Source: Nitrospirota bacterium (lineage in GTDB: Bacteria > Nitrospirota > UBA9217). From it: 19,372 bases of DNA. The position numbers were made by a program, and so were the translations under genes. Positions 1 to 8,464 of this stretch are shown here, one piece after another (position 1 is the stretch's first letter; each line of letters starts with the position of its first letter). A model generated the notes under the pieces. The model was not told the DNA's origin and made no database searches. It was given only the letters and a program-made list of their open reading frames with translations. The stretch is taken from contig DASPSR010000039.1 in NCBI GenBank assembly GCA_035623825.1, forward strand, positions 1-19,372. Reading direction: 5' to 3'.

Positions 1-859
1 GATGGCGGCCACCAAGGTCATGCGAACACCGTGGGACGTAACCACACTGCCTAAGGATCCGCTGAGCTACCCGTGGGAGCTGTACGATATCAATAAGGAC
101 TGGACCCAGTTCGAAGACGTCGCAGCAAAGTATCCTGAAAAGCTCAAGGAGCTGCAGGAACTCTTCTGGAAGGAGGCGGAAAAGTACCAGGTGCTGCCGC
201 TCGACACGACTGTGGTGTCACGGATTATCACGCCGCGCCCCAGCCTTACCGCCGGCCGCACGGTCTTCACCTGGACGCAACCGATCACTGGCATTCCCAA
301 CGGTGATGCGCCGAGCCTTCTGAACACGTCGTACACCTTCAAGGCCGAGATTGAGGTCCCGCAGAGCGGCGCCGATGGGATGCTCATCACGCAGGGCGGG
401 CGTTTTGCGGGCTACGGCTTCTACGTTCTCAAGAACAAACCGGTATTTCTCTGGAATCTGGTGGACCTGAAACGCGTCCGCTGGGAAGGTCCGGAACTCA
501 CGCCCGGCAAGCACAAGCTGGAGTTCGACTTCAAGTACGAAGGCATGGGCGCCGGCACCATGGCGCTCGGCAGCTACGCCGGGATCGGTCAGGGAGGCAC
601 GGGCGTGTTGAAGGTCGACGGCAAGGACGTTGCCACACAGAAGATGGAGCACACGCTCCCGTTCATCATGCAGTGGGACGAGAGCCTCGACATAGGCTCC
701 GACACTGGCACGCCGGTCAACGATGCAGACTACCAGGTACCCTTTGCCTTCAACGGAAAGATCGACAAGATCACCCTGACCATCGACAGACCCAAACTTT
801 CGCCGGAGGACATCAAGAAGCTTGAACAGATGAAGCTTGAAAAGAAAGCTGGTGACTAA
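1..859 (+). CDS. Arylsulfatase (sulfatase family), C-terminal part; 5'-truncated by the window edge
   Basis: Frame is open from the window edge to TAA at 857-859. WELYDINKDWTQFEDVAAKYPEKLKELQELFWKEAEKYQVLPLD matches the typical end of the catalytic domain of large arylsulfatases, followed by a LamG-like beta-sandwich (GGRFAGYGFYV...LKVDGK...ESLDIGSDTGTPV...F.FNGKIDKI). The next gene is a sulfatase maturase. The catalytic C/SxPxR motif is outside the window. Confidence 0.85.
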   Translation, partial: MAATKVMRTPWDVTTLPKDPLSYPWELYDINKDWTQFEDVAAKYPEKLKELQELFWKEAEKYQVLPLDTTVVSRIITPRPSLTAGRTVFTWTQPITGIPNGDAPSLLNTSYTFKAEIEVPQSGADGMLITQGGRFAGYGFYVLKNKPVFLWNLVDLKRVRWEGPELTPGKHKLEFDFKYEGMGAGTMALGSYAGIGQGGTGVLKVDGKDVATQKMEHTLPFIMQWDESLDIGSDTGTPVNDADYQVPFAFNGKIDKITLTIDRPKLSPEDIKKLEQMKLEKKAGD

Positions 860-882
860 TGAAAGGTAGGTCATGAAATACG

Positions 883-906
883 CGGGCCGCTCATGTGAGC
901 GGCCCG
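883..906. terminator. GC-rich hairpin after the sulfatase gene (terminator-like or mRNA-stabilising)
   Basis: Perfect inverted repeat CGGGCCGCTCA-tg-TGAGCGGCCCG starting 23 nt after the stop. No good U-tract follows on the + strand. Confidence 0.5.
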
Positions 907-923
907 TGATAAATCTGACGAAC

Positions 924-950
924 GACCTCATCTCTGCCAGCGATGAGGTC
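924..950. other. Second intergenic hairpin
   Basis: GACCTCATC (924-932) pairs with GATGAGGTC (942-950): a 9-bp perfect stem. Confidence 0.45.
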
Positions 951-1077
951 AGCGACATTGTAACGGCAAGTAAGGCGGGGATTGGATGGCTCATAAATGG
1001 AAGAAAATGAAATGCAACTGTCGAAGAAGTCAAGAATTGCGTTAATGATTAAACAAAGTTTGAAGGCATAGATTATA

Positions 1078-2373
1078 ATGAACGAACAGCTCAGCGTAAA
1101 TATGAGTGAAAGCAAATTGAGCCAAGGCATCCATGTCGTGGCCAAGCCCATTGGCCCCGCCTGCAACCTCAACTGCGAATACTGTTTTTATCTGGAGAAG
1201 CAGGCACTCTTCGGCCCCGGCGAACAATACGCCATGTCCGAAGAGGTCCTTTCCGCGTTCATAACCAAATATGTTACCTCCCAACCGACCCCGTTCGTGG
1301 AGTTTGTCTGGCAGGGCGGTGAACCGACGTTATTGGGTTTGGATTTTTTCAAGACAGTGATCGAACTTCAAAGGCCTTATATAAAACAGAAAACGATAAC
1401 AAATTCTTTGCAGACGAATGGGACGATGCTGACAGATGAATGGTGCCGGTTCCTGAAGCAGCATAACTTTATGGTCGGCATAAGCATTGATGGCCCGAAA
1501 GAAGTCCATGACCGCTATCGACACGACCGAAGTGGCAAAGGGACCTTCGATCAGGCGATGCGCGGCCTGAAGCTGCTCCAGAAGCACAAGGTCGAATACA
1601 ACGTACTGGCCAGTGTTGCCAGGGAAACTGCACGACAGCCGCTGGACGTATATCGCTTCTTGAGGGATAAGGGGGTCGAATTCATCCAGTTCGCGCCCAT
1701 TGTCGAGCGCATGCCGGATGCAGAAAGTGCAAAGCACGGTCTGCGCCTTGCCGGTCCTGCATCACTGGACAAGGCAATAAAGCAGACCGAGGTCACGCCT
1801 TGGTCGGTGCTACCCGGGGAATACGGCGATTTCCTAATTGCAGTTTACGAGGAATGGGTACGTCACGATGTAGGAAAGGTCTTCGTGATGAACTTCGAGT
1901 GGGCGCTCAATGCCTGGATCGGCAATCCTTCGCCGGTCTGCACCCATGCAGAACAGTGCGGCAGGTCGCTGGTTATCGAACATAACGGCGATGTCTATGC
2001 CTGCGACCACTGTGTCTATCCCGAGTACCGGCTTGGGAACATTGTCACGGATTCTTTGCTGGATATGGCCAGGAAATCTCAACAATCAGGGTTCGGGGTA
2101 GCGAAAGATACAGCCCTTCCCAACTGGTGCAGGGAGTGCAAGGTCCTGGCTGCCTGCAGGGGAGGCTGCCCCAAGCACCGCTTCAAGACGAGCAACTACA
2201 ACGAACCGGGGCTCCACTATCTCTGTGAAGGGTATAAGAAGTTCTTCATGCACATCAGGAAGTATTGCCATGCTATGACACAGCTACTTGAGCATGGATA
2301 TCCCGCATCGCGTGTCATGGAAGCGGTGAGGGGACCGCTGATCATAAAAACCGATGAGGTCAAAACAGGCTAG
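1078..2373 (+). CDS. Anaerobic sulfatase maturase (anSME; radical SAM/SPASM; AslB/ChuR family)
   Basis: KPIGPACNLNCEYCFYL (CxxxCxxC), WQGGEPTL, QTNG, ISIDGP, and SPASM cysteines (CTHAEQC, YACDH, CRECKVLAACRGGCPKHR, LCEGY). Adjacent to a sulfatase. Start could alternatively be ATG 1102. Confidence 0.95.
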   Translation: MNEQLSVNMSESKLSQGIHVVAKPIGPACNLNCEYCFYLEKQALFGPGEQYAMSEEVLSAFITKYVTSQPTPFVEFVWQGGEPTLLGLDFFKTVIELQRPYIKQKTITNSLQTNGTMLTDEWCRFLKQHNFMVGISIDGPKEVHDRYRHDRSGKGTFDQAMRGLKLLQKHKVEYNVLASVARETARQPLDVYRFLRDKGVEFIQFAPIVERMPDAESAKHGLRLAGPASLDKAIKQTEVTPWSVLPGEYGDFLIAVYEEWVRHDVGKVFVMNFEWALNAWIGNPSPVCTHAEQCGRSLVIEHNGDVYACDHCVYPEYRLGNIVTDSLLDMARKSQQSGFGVAKDTALPNWCRECKVLAACRGGCPKHRFKTSNYNEPGLHYLCEGYKKFFMHIRKYCHAMTQLLEHGYPASRVMEAVRGPLIIKTDEVKTG

Positions 2374-2400
2374 ATGGTTGAGTGAAAGGCTGATAAAAAC

Positions 2401-2952
2401 GTGAGATACAAAGTTCGGTCAGAATCTGTGACAAGCGAAAGAATAGCTGTCATTTCAGAAAGAGCGGGAATCCGAAGGGGAAAAACTCGATTCCGGGTCG
2501 GTACCGGAATTGCTGTCAACGGGAAGCGAACAATTCAGCTTCTTGCTCTTGTGCTTCTTGTGTCAGGCGTACTCATTTTCGCATCAGAGATGGTCGCCGC
2601 TTCCTCGGTAAACGTCCAGCAGCAGAAAGGGCCAATCGCGCGGACCGACGCTAAACGTTTGGAAGGGCGTTGGGTGCGGCCTGATGGCGGATATGTGCTT
2701 GAGCTGAGTAATATTCAAAAGGACGGTGGCCTTAAGGCCGCCTATTTCAATCCCCAGCCCATCAAGGTATATCAGTCGAAGTGGAAAAACAAGAAAGGGA
2801 TCCTCACGGTCTACGTAGAACTGCGCGATATCAATTACCCGGGCTCCAAATATGAACTGCGGTATGACCCGGCTTCCGACCGGCTGAATGGGACCTATTT
2901 CCAGGCCGTGGACAAAGAGACCTATGCGATCGAGTTCGTGCGGATCAAGTGA
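2401..2952 (+). CDS. Hypothetical exported or membrane-anchored protein (small beta-rich domain)
   Basis: Hydrophobic segment IQLLALVLLVSGVLIFA, then a compact domain LEGRWVRPDGGYVLEL...AAYFNPQPI...ELRDINYPGSKYEL.YD...L.G.YFQA. The GTG start is uncertain. Confidence 0.75.
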   Translation: MRYKVRSESVTSERIAVISERAGIRRGKTRFRVGTGIAVNGKRTIQLLALVLLVSGVLIFASEMVAASSVNVQQQKGPIARTDAKRLEGRWVRPDGGYVLELSNIQKDGGLKAAYFNPQPIKVYQSKWKNKKGILTVYVELRDINYPGSKYELRYDPASDRLNGTYFQAVDKETYAIEFVRIK

Positions 2953-3009
2953 TAGATCTATTCCGGTCCAGGATGAAGGGATCAGGACGGGCATGAGGAG
3001 GAGAACGAA

Positions 3010-3411
3010 ATGAAAGATACCTTATCGGCGGCCATCCTGGTAGCAGGGGTCCTCACGCTGCTCTTGTCTAACGCACCTGCATTCGGACAAGCGGAAAACC
3101 CCTGCGCCGATGACCTCGCAAAATACTGCGACTATGTCGAGCCCGGCGGCGGCCGCCTCGTCCGGTGCTATGAACAGAACAAGAACAGTATGTCAGCGGG
3201 CTGCATTGCCTGGGCTGAGGCAGCTAAGGCGAACGCGGCTTCGCTTCAAGCGGCATGCGCCGATATAATCAATGATCGTTGTGATTTCGAAAAGGGAGAC
3301 CCCCTGGAGATGCTGGACTGCCTCCAGAGCAACTACGTAGATCTGCCGCCGAAGTGCTTGAAGAAACTAAATGAGTTCAAGAGCCTTTACCCACAACCGG
3401 TGCAACAGTAA
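3010..3411 (+). CDS. Secreted cysteine-rich repeat protein (Cys_rich_FGFR/GLG1-like repeats)
   Basis: SD GAGGAG, signal peptide ending AFG, 8 Cys in two Cx7Cx12Cx11C units; first unit CADDLAKYCDYVEPGGGRLVRC. Confidence 0.85.
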   Translation: MKDTLSAAILVAGVLTLLLSNAPAFGQAENPCADDLAKYCDYVEPGGGRLVRCYEQNKNSMSAGCIAWAEAAKANAASLQAACADIINDRCDFEKGDPLEMLDCLQSNYVDLPPKCLKKLNEFKSLYPQPVQQ

Positions 3412-3643
3412 GGCCGTATGCTTCGGGTTAGCGAGACCATGTTTCGATTAAAGGTTCCGAGCTCGCAGAGAAGGGCAAAATAATCGGCGTTCAATACGCT
3501 TAAGTTTTTTATTCGCACTCTTGATGTGTTCTTTGGCCATCGCTGCTTCGCGTTCGACTACTTATGGCCTCTGCGTTTTTTGGTTCTGGCTTTTCCGTCA
3601 GAAGATAACGCCGCAGATATGCACGAAAGATGGAGATCGTGAT

Positions 3644-4315
3644 ATGTACAATCAAGCCCTCTCCGACTCGTCACTCATAGGCTGTCCGCACTGCGATCTG
3701 CTGCAGCGCCTCCCGGCGCTCGAGCCGGGCGAGTCGGCCCGATGCCCTCGCTGCAACGAAGAGCTGTGGCGCCGCAAGGAGGATTCGCTCCACCGGCCCC
3801 TCGCGCTGACGATCGCGGCCGCGCTTCTCTATGTGGTCGCGAATACAGTTCCCATGCTGGGACTCACGGTGGTCGGTCGTGAGGCCTTTACCACGGTTTT
3901 TGGCGGTGCCGAGCATCTCTGGTACGCCGGGTGGCGTAGTGTTGCAGGGCTGGTGCTCTTTACCGCCGTGGTCGCGCCAGGGCTCCAGATCGGCCTGATG
4001 CTTGCTATCCTGATCGGGGCGCAATGGAGACGCCCGCGCCGCTGGGTTGGAACGCTCCTCCGATATTATCCGGCCGTCAGCGTCTGGAGCATGATCGAGG
4101 TAATGATCCTCGGGGTACTAGTAGCCCTGGTCAAGATCGCTGATTACGCGAAGGTGATCCCGGGTCTGGCACTCTTCGCGCTGGGAGCGCTGATTTTTCT
4201 TATAGCGGCAATAGAATCCAGCTTCGATCCGAGGGCGGTGTGGGAGCGGGTGGAGTGGGTGGAGAAGGCTGCGCGGGAACCGGCCACTGGCAAGAACATG
4301 ACAGAGGTGAACTAG
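3644..4315 (+). CDS. pqiA: Paraquat-inducible protein A, N-terminal half-size gene
   Basis: CPHCDLLQ...ARCPRCNEEL zinc-ribbon motif, several TM helices, WSMIEVMILGVLVALVK motif. Start moved from 3521 to ATG 3644 behind SD GGAGA. Confidence 0.9.
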   Translation: MYNQALSDSSLIGCPHCDLLQRLPALEPGESARCPRCNEELWRRKEDSLHRPLALTIAAALLYVVANTVPMLGLTVVGREAFTTVFGGAEHLWYAGWRSVAGLVLFTAVVAPGLQIGLMLAILIGAQWRRPRRWVGTLLRYYPAVSVWSMIEVMILGVLVALVKIADYAKVIPGLALFALGALIFLIAAIESSFDPRAVWERVEWVEKAAREPATGKNMTEVN

Positions 4316-4968
4316 TGAGTTCCACTATGGATCATGCCGTTCTGACGGCGATGCAGCAAGGCCTTCAGCGCTGTGAAGGCTGCGGGCTGCTTTCGCGCCC
4401 TGCGTTTGGCGGTCACGAAGGTCGGTGCCCGCGCTGCGGCGACGAACTTTCCTTCCGAAAACATGCAAGTCTGCAGCGGACATGGTCCTTGCTGATCGCT
4501 GCGGCGGTCTGCTACATCCCCGCTAACTTGCTCCCAGTTCTGACAACGACCACGGCAGCGGGTGCCGAGTCAGACACCATCATGCAGGGCGTCGTGCTCC
4601 TCTGGTCGCCGACCGGATGGCCGCTTTCACTCATCGTGCTTATCGCCAGCATCATGATACCGGTTGCGAAGATAGCTGCGCTGGCCTACCTGCTCATTTC
4701 CGTGCACCGGGGCTCGATAAAGAACAACGAGCAGCGCGTCCGGCTTTACCGGATCGTAGAGATCGTCGGGCGCTGGTCGATGGTCGACGTTTTCGTCGAC
4801 ACCTTCACCGCCTCGCTCGTGCAGCTCCAGCCTCTCATGGCCGTGGAGCCGGGGCCCGGCCTGGTGTTCTTTGCCGCTGTCGTGGTGTTGACGATGCTTG
4901 CAGCTGAGTCTTTCGATCCCCGATTTATCTGGGAACCATCAAGCTCCAAGGAGGTGCATCATGCCTGA
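4315..4968 (+). CDS. pqiA: Paraquat-inducible protein A, C-terminal half-size gene
   Basis: CEGC...CPRCG, YIPANLLPV, DTIMQGV, GRWSMVDVFV, FDPRFIW motifs. GTG at 4315 overlaps the upstream TAG by 1 nt and follows SD GAGGTG; ATG 4327 is an alternative start. Confidence 0.9.
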   Translation: MSSTMDHAVLTAMQQGLQRCEGCGLLSRPAFGGHEGRCPRCGDELSFRKHASLQRTWSLLIAAAVCYIPANLLPVLTTTTAAGAESDTIMQGVVLLWSPTGWPLSLIVLIASIMIPVAKIAALAYLLISVHRGSIKNNEQRVRLYRIVEIVGRWSMVDVFVDTFTASLVQLQPLMAVEPGPGLVFFAAVVVLTMLAAESFDPRFIWEPSSSKEVHHA

Positions 4969-6505
4969 AGGCGAAACTCCATCCAGCCAGATACCCGAGT
5001 CCAAAACCCTCGCCAGGAAGAAGACCCGCCTTAGCTTCGTTTGGATCATTCCGATCGTGGCCGCGCTCATAGGCGCCTGGGTCGGCGTAACGACAATCAG
5101 GAACCAAGGGCCGAAGATAACTATCGTTCTCCGGTCGGCAGAGGGGCTCGAAGCGGGCAAGACGAAGATCCGCTATAACGGAGTAGACATTGGTGCGGTC
5201 AAATCGATCCGTCTGACGGATGACCACCGGCGCGTGATCGCCACTGCCGAAATGGCGCCGAAGACCGAGAACATTCTCGTCGAAGATACGAGGTTCTGGG
5301 TAGTTACTCCGCGGGTCTCCGGTGCAAGCGTGACGGGACTGGGCACGCTCATCTCCGGCGCTTACATTGGCTTGGAGATCGGAAAATCACCGAATAAACA
5401 GAGCAACTTCATAGCGCTTGACGAACCGCCGGTAGTGACGGCCGATGTCCCCGGCCGATTTTTTGTATTAAAGACCACGGACTTGGGCTCGGTCGACTAC
5501 GGCGCGCCAATCTATTTTCGTCGGCTGAAGGTAGGGCAGGTCGTATCGTACGAACTCGACAAGGATGGCCGGACGTTGACCGTCAAGGTATTCGTAAATG
5601 CTCCCTATGACCAGTACGTCACGCCGGAGACACGCTTCTGGCAGGCGAGCGGGATTGATGTCTCGCTCTCCGCGAGCGGCATGAGCATACAGACCCAATC
5701 GGTCCTGTCGATGTTGATCGGCGGTCTTGCGTTCGAAACGCCCGCAACCGGTCCGGCATTGCCGCCCGCCGAGGCGAACACAGAGTTCACACTGTATGCC
5801 AACCGTGCCGAGGCCTACAGGCCGCCCCCAAAGAATCCGATGACCTATGTGCTCGTTATTCAGCAATCCGTTCGAGGGCTCGCTCTGGGCGCACCGGTGG
5901 AGCTCAGGGGCATTCCAATCGGGCAGGTGGAAGATATCCGTCCGGAGGCCAATCCGGAGACTCTCGAATTCCATTCGCTGGTTACAATCAGTTTGGATCC
6001 ACAACGGTTTGGGGTCAAAGTTCGCGGAGTTGCAGCGAAGGCTGGTGAACAGAGCGCCTTTCACCGTCAACTTGTTGACAAATTGGTGTCGCATGGATTT
6101 CGTGCGCAGCTTCGGACCGGTAGCATGCTGACCGGATCGCTCTATGTTGCGTTGGACTTTTTTCCCGATGCGCCGCCTTTCAAGATTGACTGGACACAGA
6201 ATCCGCCGCGTATTGATACCGTTCCGGGCAAACTTGAGGGAATCGACGCGACCGTTGCCAGCATCATCAAGAAACTGGACCAGGTGCCCTACCAGGAGAT
6301 CGGCGATGATCTGAGGAAGACGCTGATGCAAGTCGAACAGACGCTCGTCGGGCTCGAACAGCTTCTCACCGGGGTCGATCAGGAGTTGCCCAATACGCTT
6401 CGAGGAATGAGCGATACAGCGCGCTCGCTTCGATCGCTCGCCGACTATCTCGATCGCCATCCAGAGGCGCTTATCAAGGGGAAGAGCCCCGCGAAAGGAG
6501 AATGA
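4961..6505 (+). CDS. pqiB: PqiB family MCE (MlaD x3) intermembrane transport protein
   Basis: VWIIPIVA TM anchor, three MCE domains (AEGLEAGKTKIRYNGVDIG; LGSVDYGAPIYFRRLKVGQV; VRGLALGAPVELRGIPIGQV), helical tail ending PEALIKGK. ATG 4961 follows SD AAGGAGGT and overlaps the end of pqiA. Confidence 0.95.
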   Translation: MPEGETPSSQIPESKTLARKKTRLSFVWIIPIVAALIGAWVGVTTIRNQGPKITIVLRSAEGLEAGKTKIRYNGVDIGAVKSIRLTDDHRRVIATAEMAPKTENILVEDTRFWVVTPRVSGASVTGLGTLISGAYIGLEIGKSPNKQSNFIALDEPPVVTADVPGRFFVLKTTDLGSVDYGAPIYFRRLKVGQVVSYELDKDGRTLTVKVFVNAPYDQYVTPETRFWQASGIDVSLSASGMSIQTQSVLSMLIGGLAFETPATGPALPPAEANTEFTLYANRAEAYRPPPKNPMTYVLVIQQSVRGLALGAPVELRGIPIGQVEDIRPEANPETLEFHSLVTISLDPQRFGVKVRGVAAKAGEQSAFHRQLVDKLVSHGFRAQLRTGSMLTGSLYVALDFFPDAPPFKIDWTQNPPRIDTVPGKLEGIDATVASIIKKLDQVPYQEIGDDLRKTLMQVEQTLVGLEQLLTGVDQELPNTLRGMSDTARSLRSLADYLDRHPEALIKGKSPAKGE

Positions 6506-6506
6506 C

Positions 6507-7148
6507 ATGACACCCATTCGTTTCAGTCGACTCGGTATTTTCACGTTCTGCCTTATAGCGGTGGCCTTAAGCGGATGTTTCGGCACCTCGCCGCCGTCCC
6601 ATTTCTATGCCTTGAGCTCCCTTCGCGGTCCGGAGCCCATACCGCACACCACGTCAACCGGACTCGGCACAATCGTGGCCGTTGGCCCTCTGTCTATACC
6701 CGATTACCTTAATCGGCCGGAGATCATCACCCGGTCGGGTCGGAACGAGATGCGGGTAAACGAATTCCAACGATGGGCAGGCGCATTGGATGGCAACCTG
6801 TTGCGCACTGTTATCGATGACCTTTCCATGCTGTTACCTCCGGACCGTTTCTCCGTCATCCAATGGCTGCCTTCGGTGCAGGGCGATGTGCCGATCACAT
6901 ACCGCGTGATGGTGGACATCGTCCGATTCGATGCGACTCCCGGAGGCACAGTGTTCCTCGAGGCCGACTGGACGATCCGCGGCAAGGATAAAGCAATAGC
7001 GCTCGCGAAGAAATCCAGCATCAGTGGGACTGCCGGCGGTGCCGAGTTCACGGACCTCGTCGCGGCCATGAGCAAGGCTGTCGAAGATCTGAGCCGTGAG
7101 ATTGCGGCTGGAATGACCAGTCTGGATCAAAAGACGGCGGGGAAATAG
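6507..7148 (+). CDS. pqiC: PqiC family outer-membrane lipoprotein
   Basis: Lipobox ALSGC, motifs IPDYLNRPEII and RWAGALD. Starts 1 nt after the pqiB stop, with SD AAGGAG. Confidence 0.92.
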   Translation: MTPIRFSRLGIFTFCLIAVALSGCFGTSPPSHFYALSSLRGPEPIPHTTSTGLGTIVAVGPLSIPDYLNRPEIITRSGRNEMRVNEFQRWAGALDGNLLRTVIDDLSMLLPPDRFSVIQWLPSVQGDVPITYRVMVDIVRFDATPGGTVFLEADWTIRGKDKAIALAKKSSISGTAGGAEFTDLVAAMSKAVEDLSREIAAGMTSLDQKTAGK

Positions 7149-7245
7149 ATCCATTGAGGAAGTTTCCCACCAGCAGTCTGCCGGCACATCAACAGGCAAT
7201 CCGTCGATGCGTATTCCCGGCATTCTCTAAAGGGGGCCGTAGACA

Positions 7246-7794
7246 ATGACTGTCGAAAAGAAGAATAAAGTTGGATGGAAACAGAAGCTTCTTCATGAAA
7301 TAATAGAATACTGGATAAACTTCGTGTATCTGGCTGTATTTTTCGGCGTCATGATCACCTACCGGAGACTTATACTGAAGGAGTATGAGATCAGTTACCT
7401 GAATTATGGGATCGCCGTGATCGAAGCTGCTATTCTGGCGAAGATCATCATAATAGGAGACGTTATGCGCCTTGGCAGGAAGTATGAAGATAAACCGTTG
7501 ATCATCCCGACAATTCATAAGACGATCATATTCGGCATTTTGGTGATCGGATTTAAGATTATAGAACATTTAGTGCGTGGACTTATTCATGGGAAGGGCT
7601 TGGCCGGAGGGTTACAGGACCTGCTCAGCAAGGGGAGGGATGAGCTGCTCGCCTATGCGCTGGTCTTGTTCTCGGCCTTCATCCCGTTCTTCGCCATGAA
7701 GGAGTTGGGGCGGGTGCTTGGAGAGGGGAAAATGCGTGCATTGTTCTTCCGAGGAAGGACGGCTGTTGATCTCGGTCCAACCTCGCGTGATTGA
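7246..7794 (+). CDS. Hypothetical integral membrane protein (about 4 TM helices)
   Basis: 182-aa ORF with four hydrophobic stretches and motifs AAILAKIIIIGD and FIPFFAMKELGRVLGEG. G-rich SD-like run upstream. Confidence 0.8.
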   Translation: MTVEKKNKVGWKQKLLHEIIEYWINFVYLAVFFGVMITYRRLILKEYEISYLNYGIAVIEAAILAKIIIIGDVMRLGRKYEDKPLIIPTIHKTIIFGILVIGFKIIEHLVRGLIHGKGLAGGLQDLLSKGRDELLAYALVLFSAFIPFFAMKELGRVLGEGKMRALFFRGRTAVDLGPTSRD

Positions 7795-7883
7795 TGGGGA
7801 TACAAAGCATTTTTACATGAATTAACAGGGCGTCAGAGAGATGGATTTATCGTTTGGAGATCGGTTGAGATGTTGATTTGATC

Positions 7884-7908
7884 TATAATTTGTCGTTTTG
7901 AAAACGAC
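7884..7908 (+). promoter_or_regulatory. Putative -10 box followed by a palindromic operator
   Basis: TATAAT at 7884-7889, then the perfect inverted repeat GTCGTTTT-G-AAAACGAC at 7892-7908, in an AT-rich gap upstream of the 8011 gene. No convincing -35 at standard spacing. Confidence 0.4.
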
Positions 7909-8010
7909 TGTTCTTCTTTCGCAATAAGAAAACGCATATTTTTCATTCTCTGAATACTGAATCGGCGTAGCTTTGTCACTCGAAGACCTGGCAAATGAAA
8001 GGAGCAGACG

Positions 8011-8418
8011 ATGAAGAAAAGGGGGAAATCAAGCTCAACCGCTTTGTTCCTGGTTTTAGCAGTCCTGTCTTTTATACCTGCGTGCAACTACGTGTCTGTC
8101 AATACCAAGCCGTATCTCGGGGTGCCGCTCTATCCACCGACAAACCCGACTAACGTCGAGATTCTGCGGACAGAGCCTCTCCAACCCCATGAACGTCTCG
8201 GGGAGATATCCTTAGAACCTACGGGCAACCCGCCCGTGGCTGAAATGGAGCAAAAACTGCGGGTGGCAGCGGCAAAGATGGGTGCCAACGCAGCCGTCCT
8301 CGTAGTGGACAGGACCATGCTGATGGGGGCCACGGTGACCGGACCATGGTATGGACGTCAAGTTTCACCAGATTTTCAACGGGTCATTATAGCTGTCGCC
8401 ATTAGATACACGAATTAG
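8011..8418 (+). CDS. Hypothetical lipoprotein (possibly YbjQ/dodecin-like fold)
   Basis: SD AAGGAG, basic N-terminus, hydrophobic core and lipobox-like IPAC. The pattern LRVAAAKMGANAAVL...AVAIRY resembles YbjQ-like small domains. Confidence 0.8.
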   Translation: MKKRGKSSSTALFLVLAVLSFIPACNYVSVNTKPYLGVPLYPPTNPTNVEILRTEPLQPHERLGEISLEPTGNPPVAEMEQKLRVAAAKMGANAAVLVVDRTMLMGATVTGPWYGRQVSPDFQRVIIAVAIRYTN

Positions 8419-8464
8419 AAAAAGAATACAGGATCATGAAGATGAATGCAACAGGAGGACTTGC

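Noticed and set aside
218-1033. 271-aa minus-strand ORF
   Set aside because: Antisense shadow of the sulfatase gene with no recognisable motifs.
3644-4968. pqiA as a frameshifted pseudogene
   Set aside because: Each half has its own SD, start codon and CxxC...CxxC motif, and the TAG/GTG overlap suggests translational coupling. Two-gene pqiA arrangements are common.
5468-6586. 372-aa minus-strand ORF
   Set aside because: Antisense to pqiB/pqiC, expected from GC-rich codon bias; no motifs.
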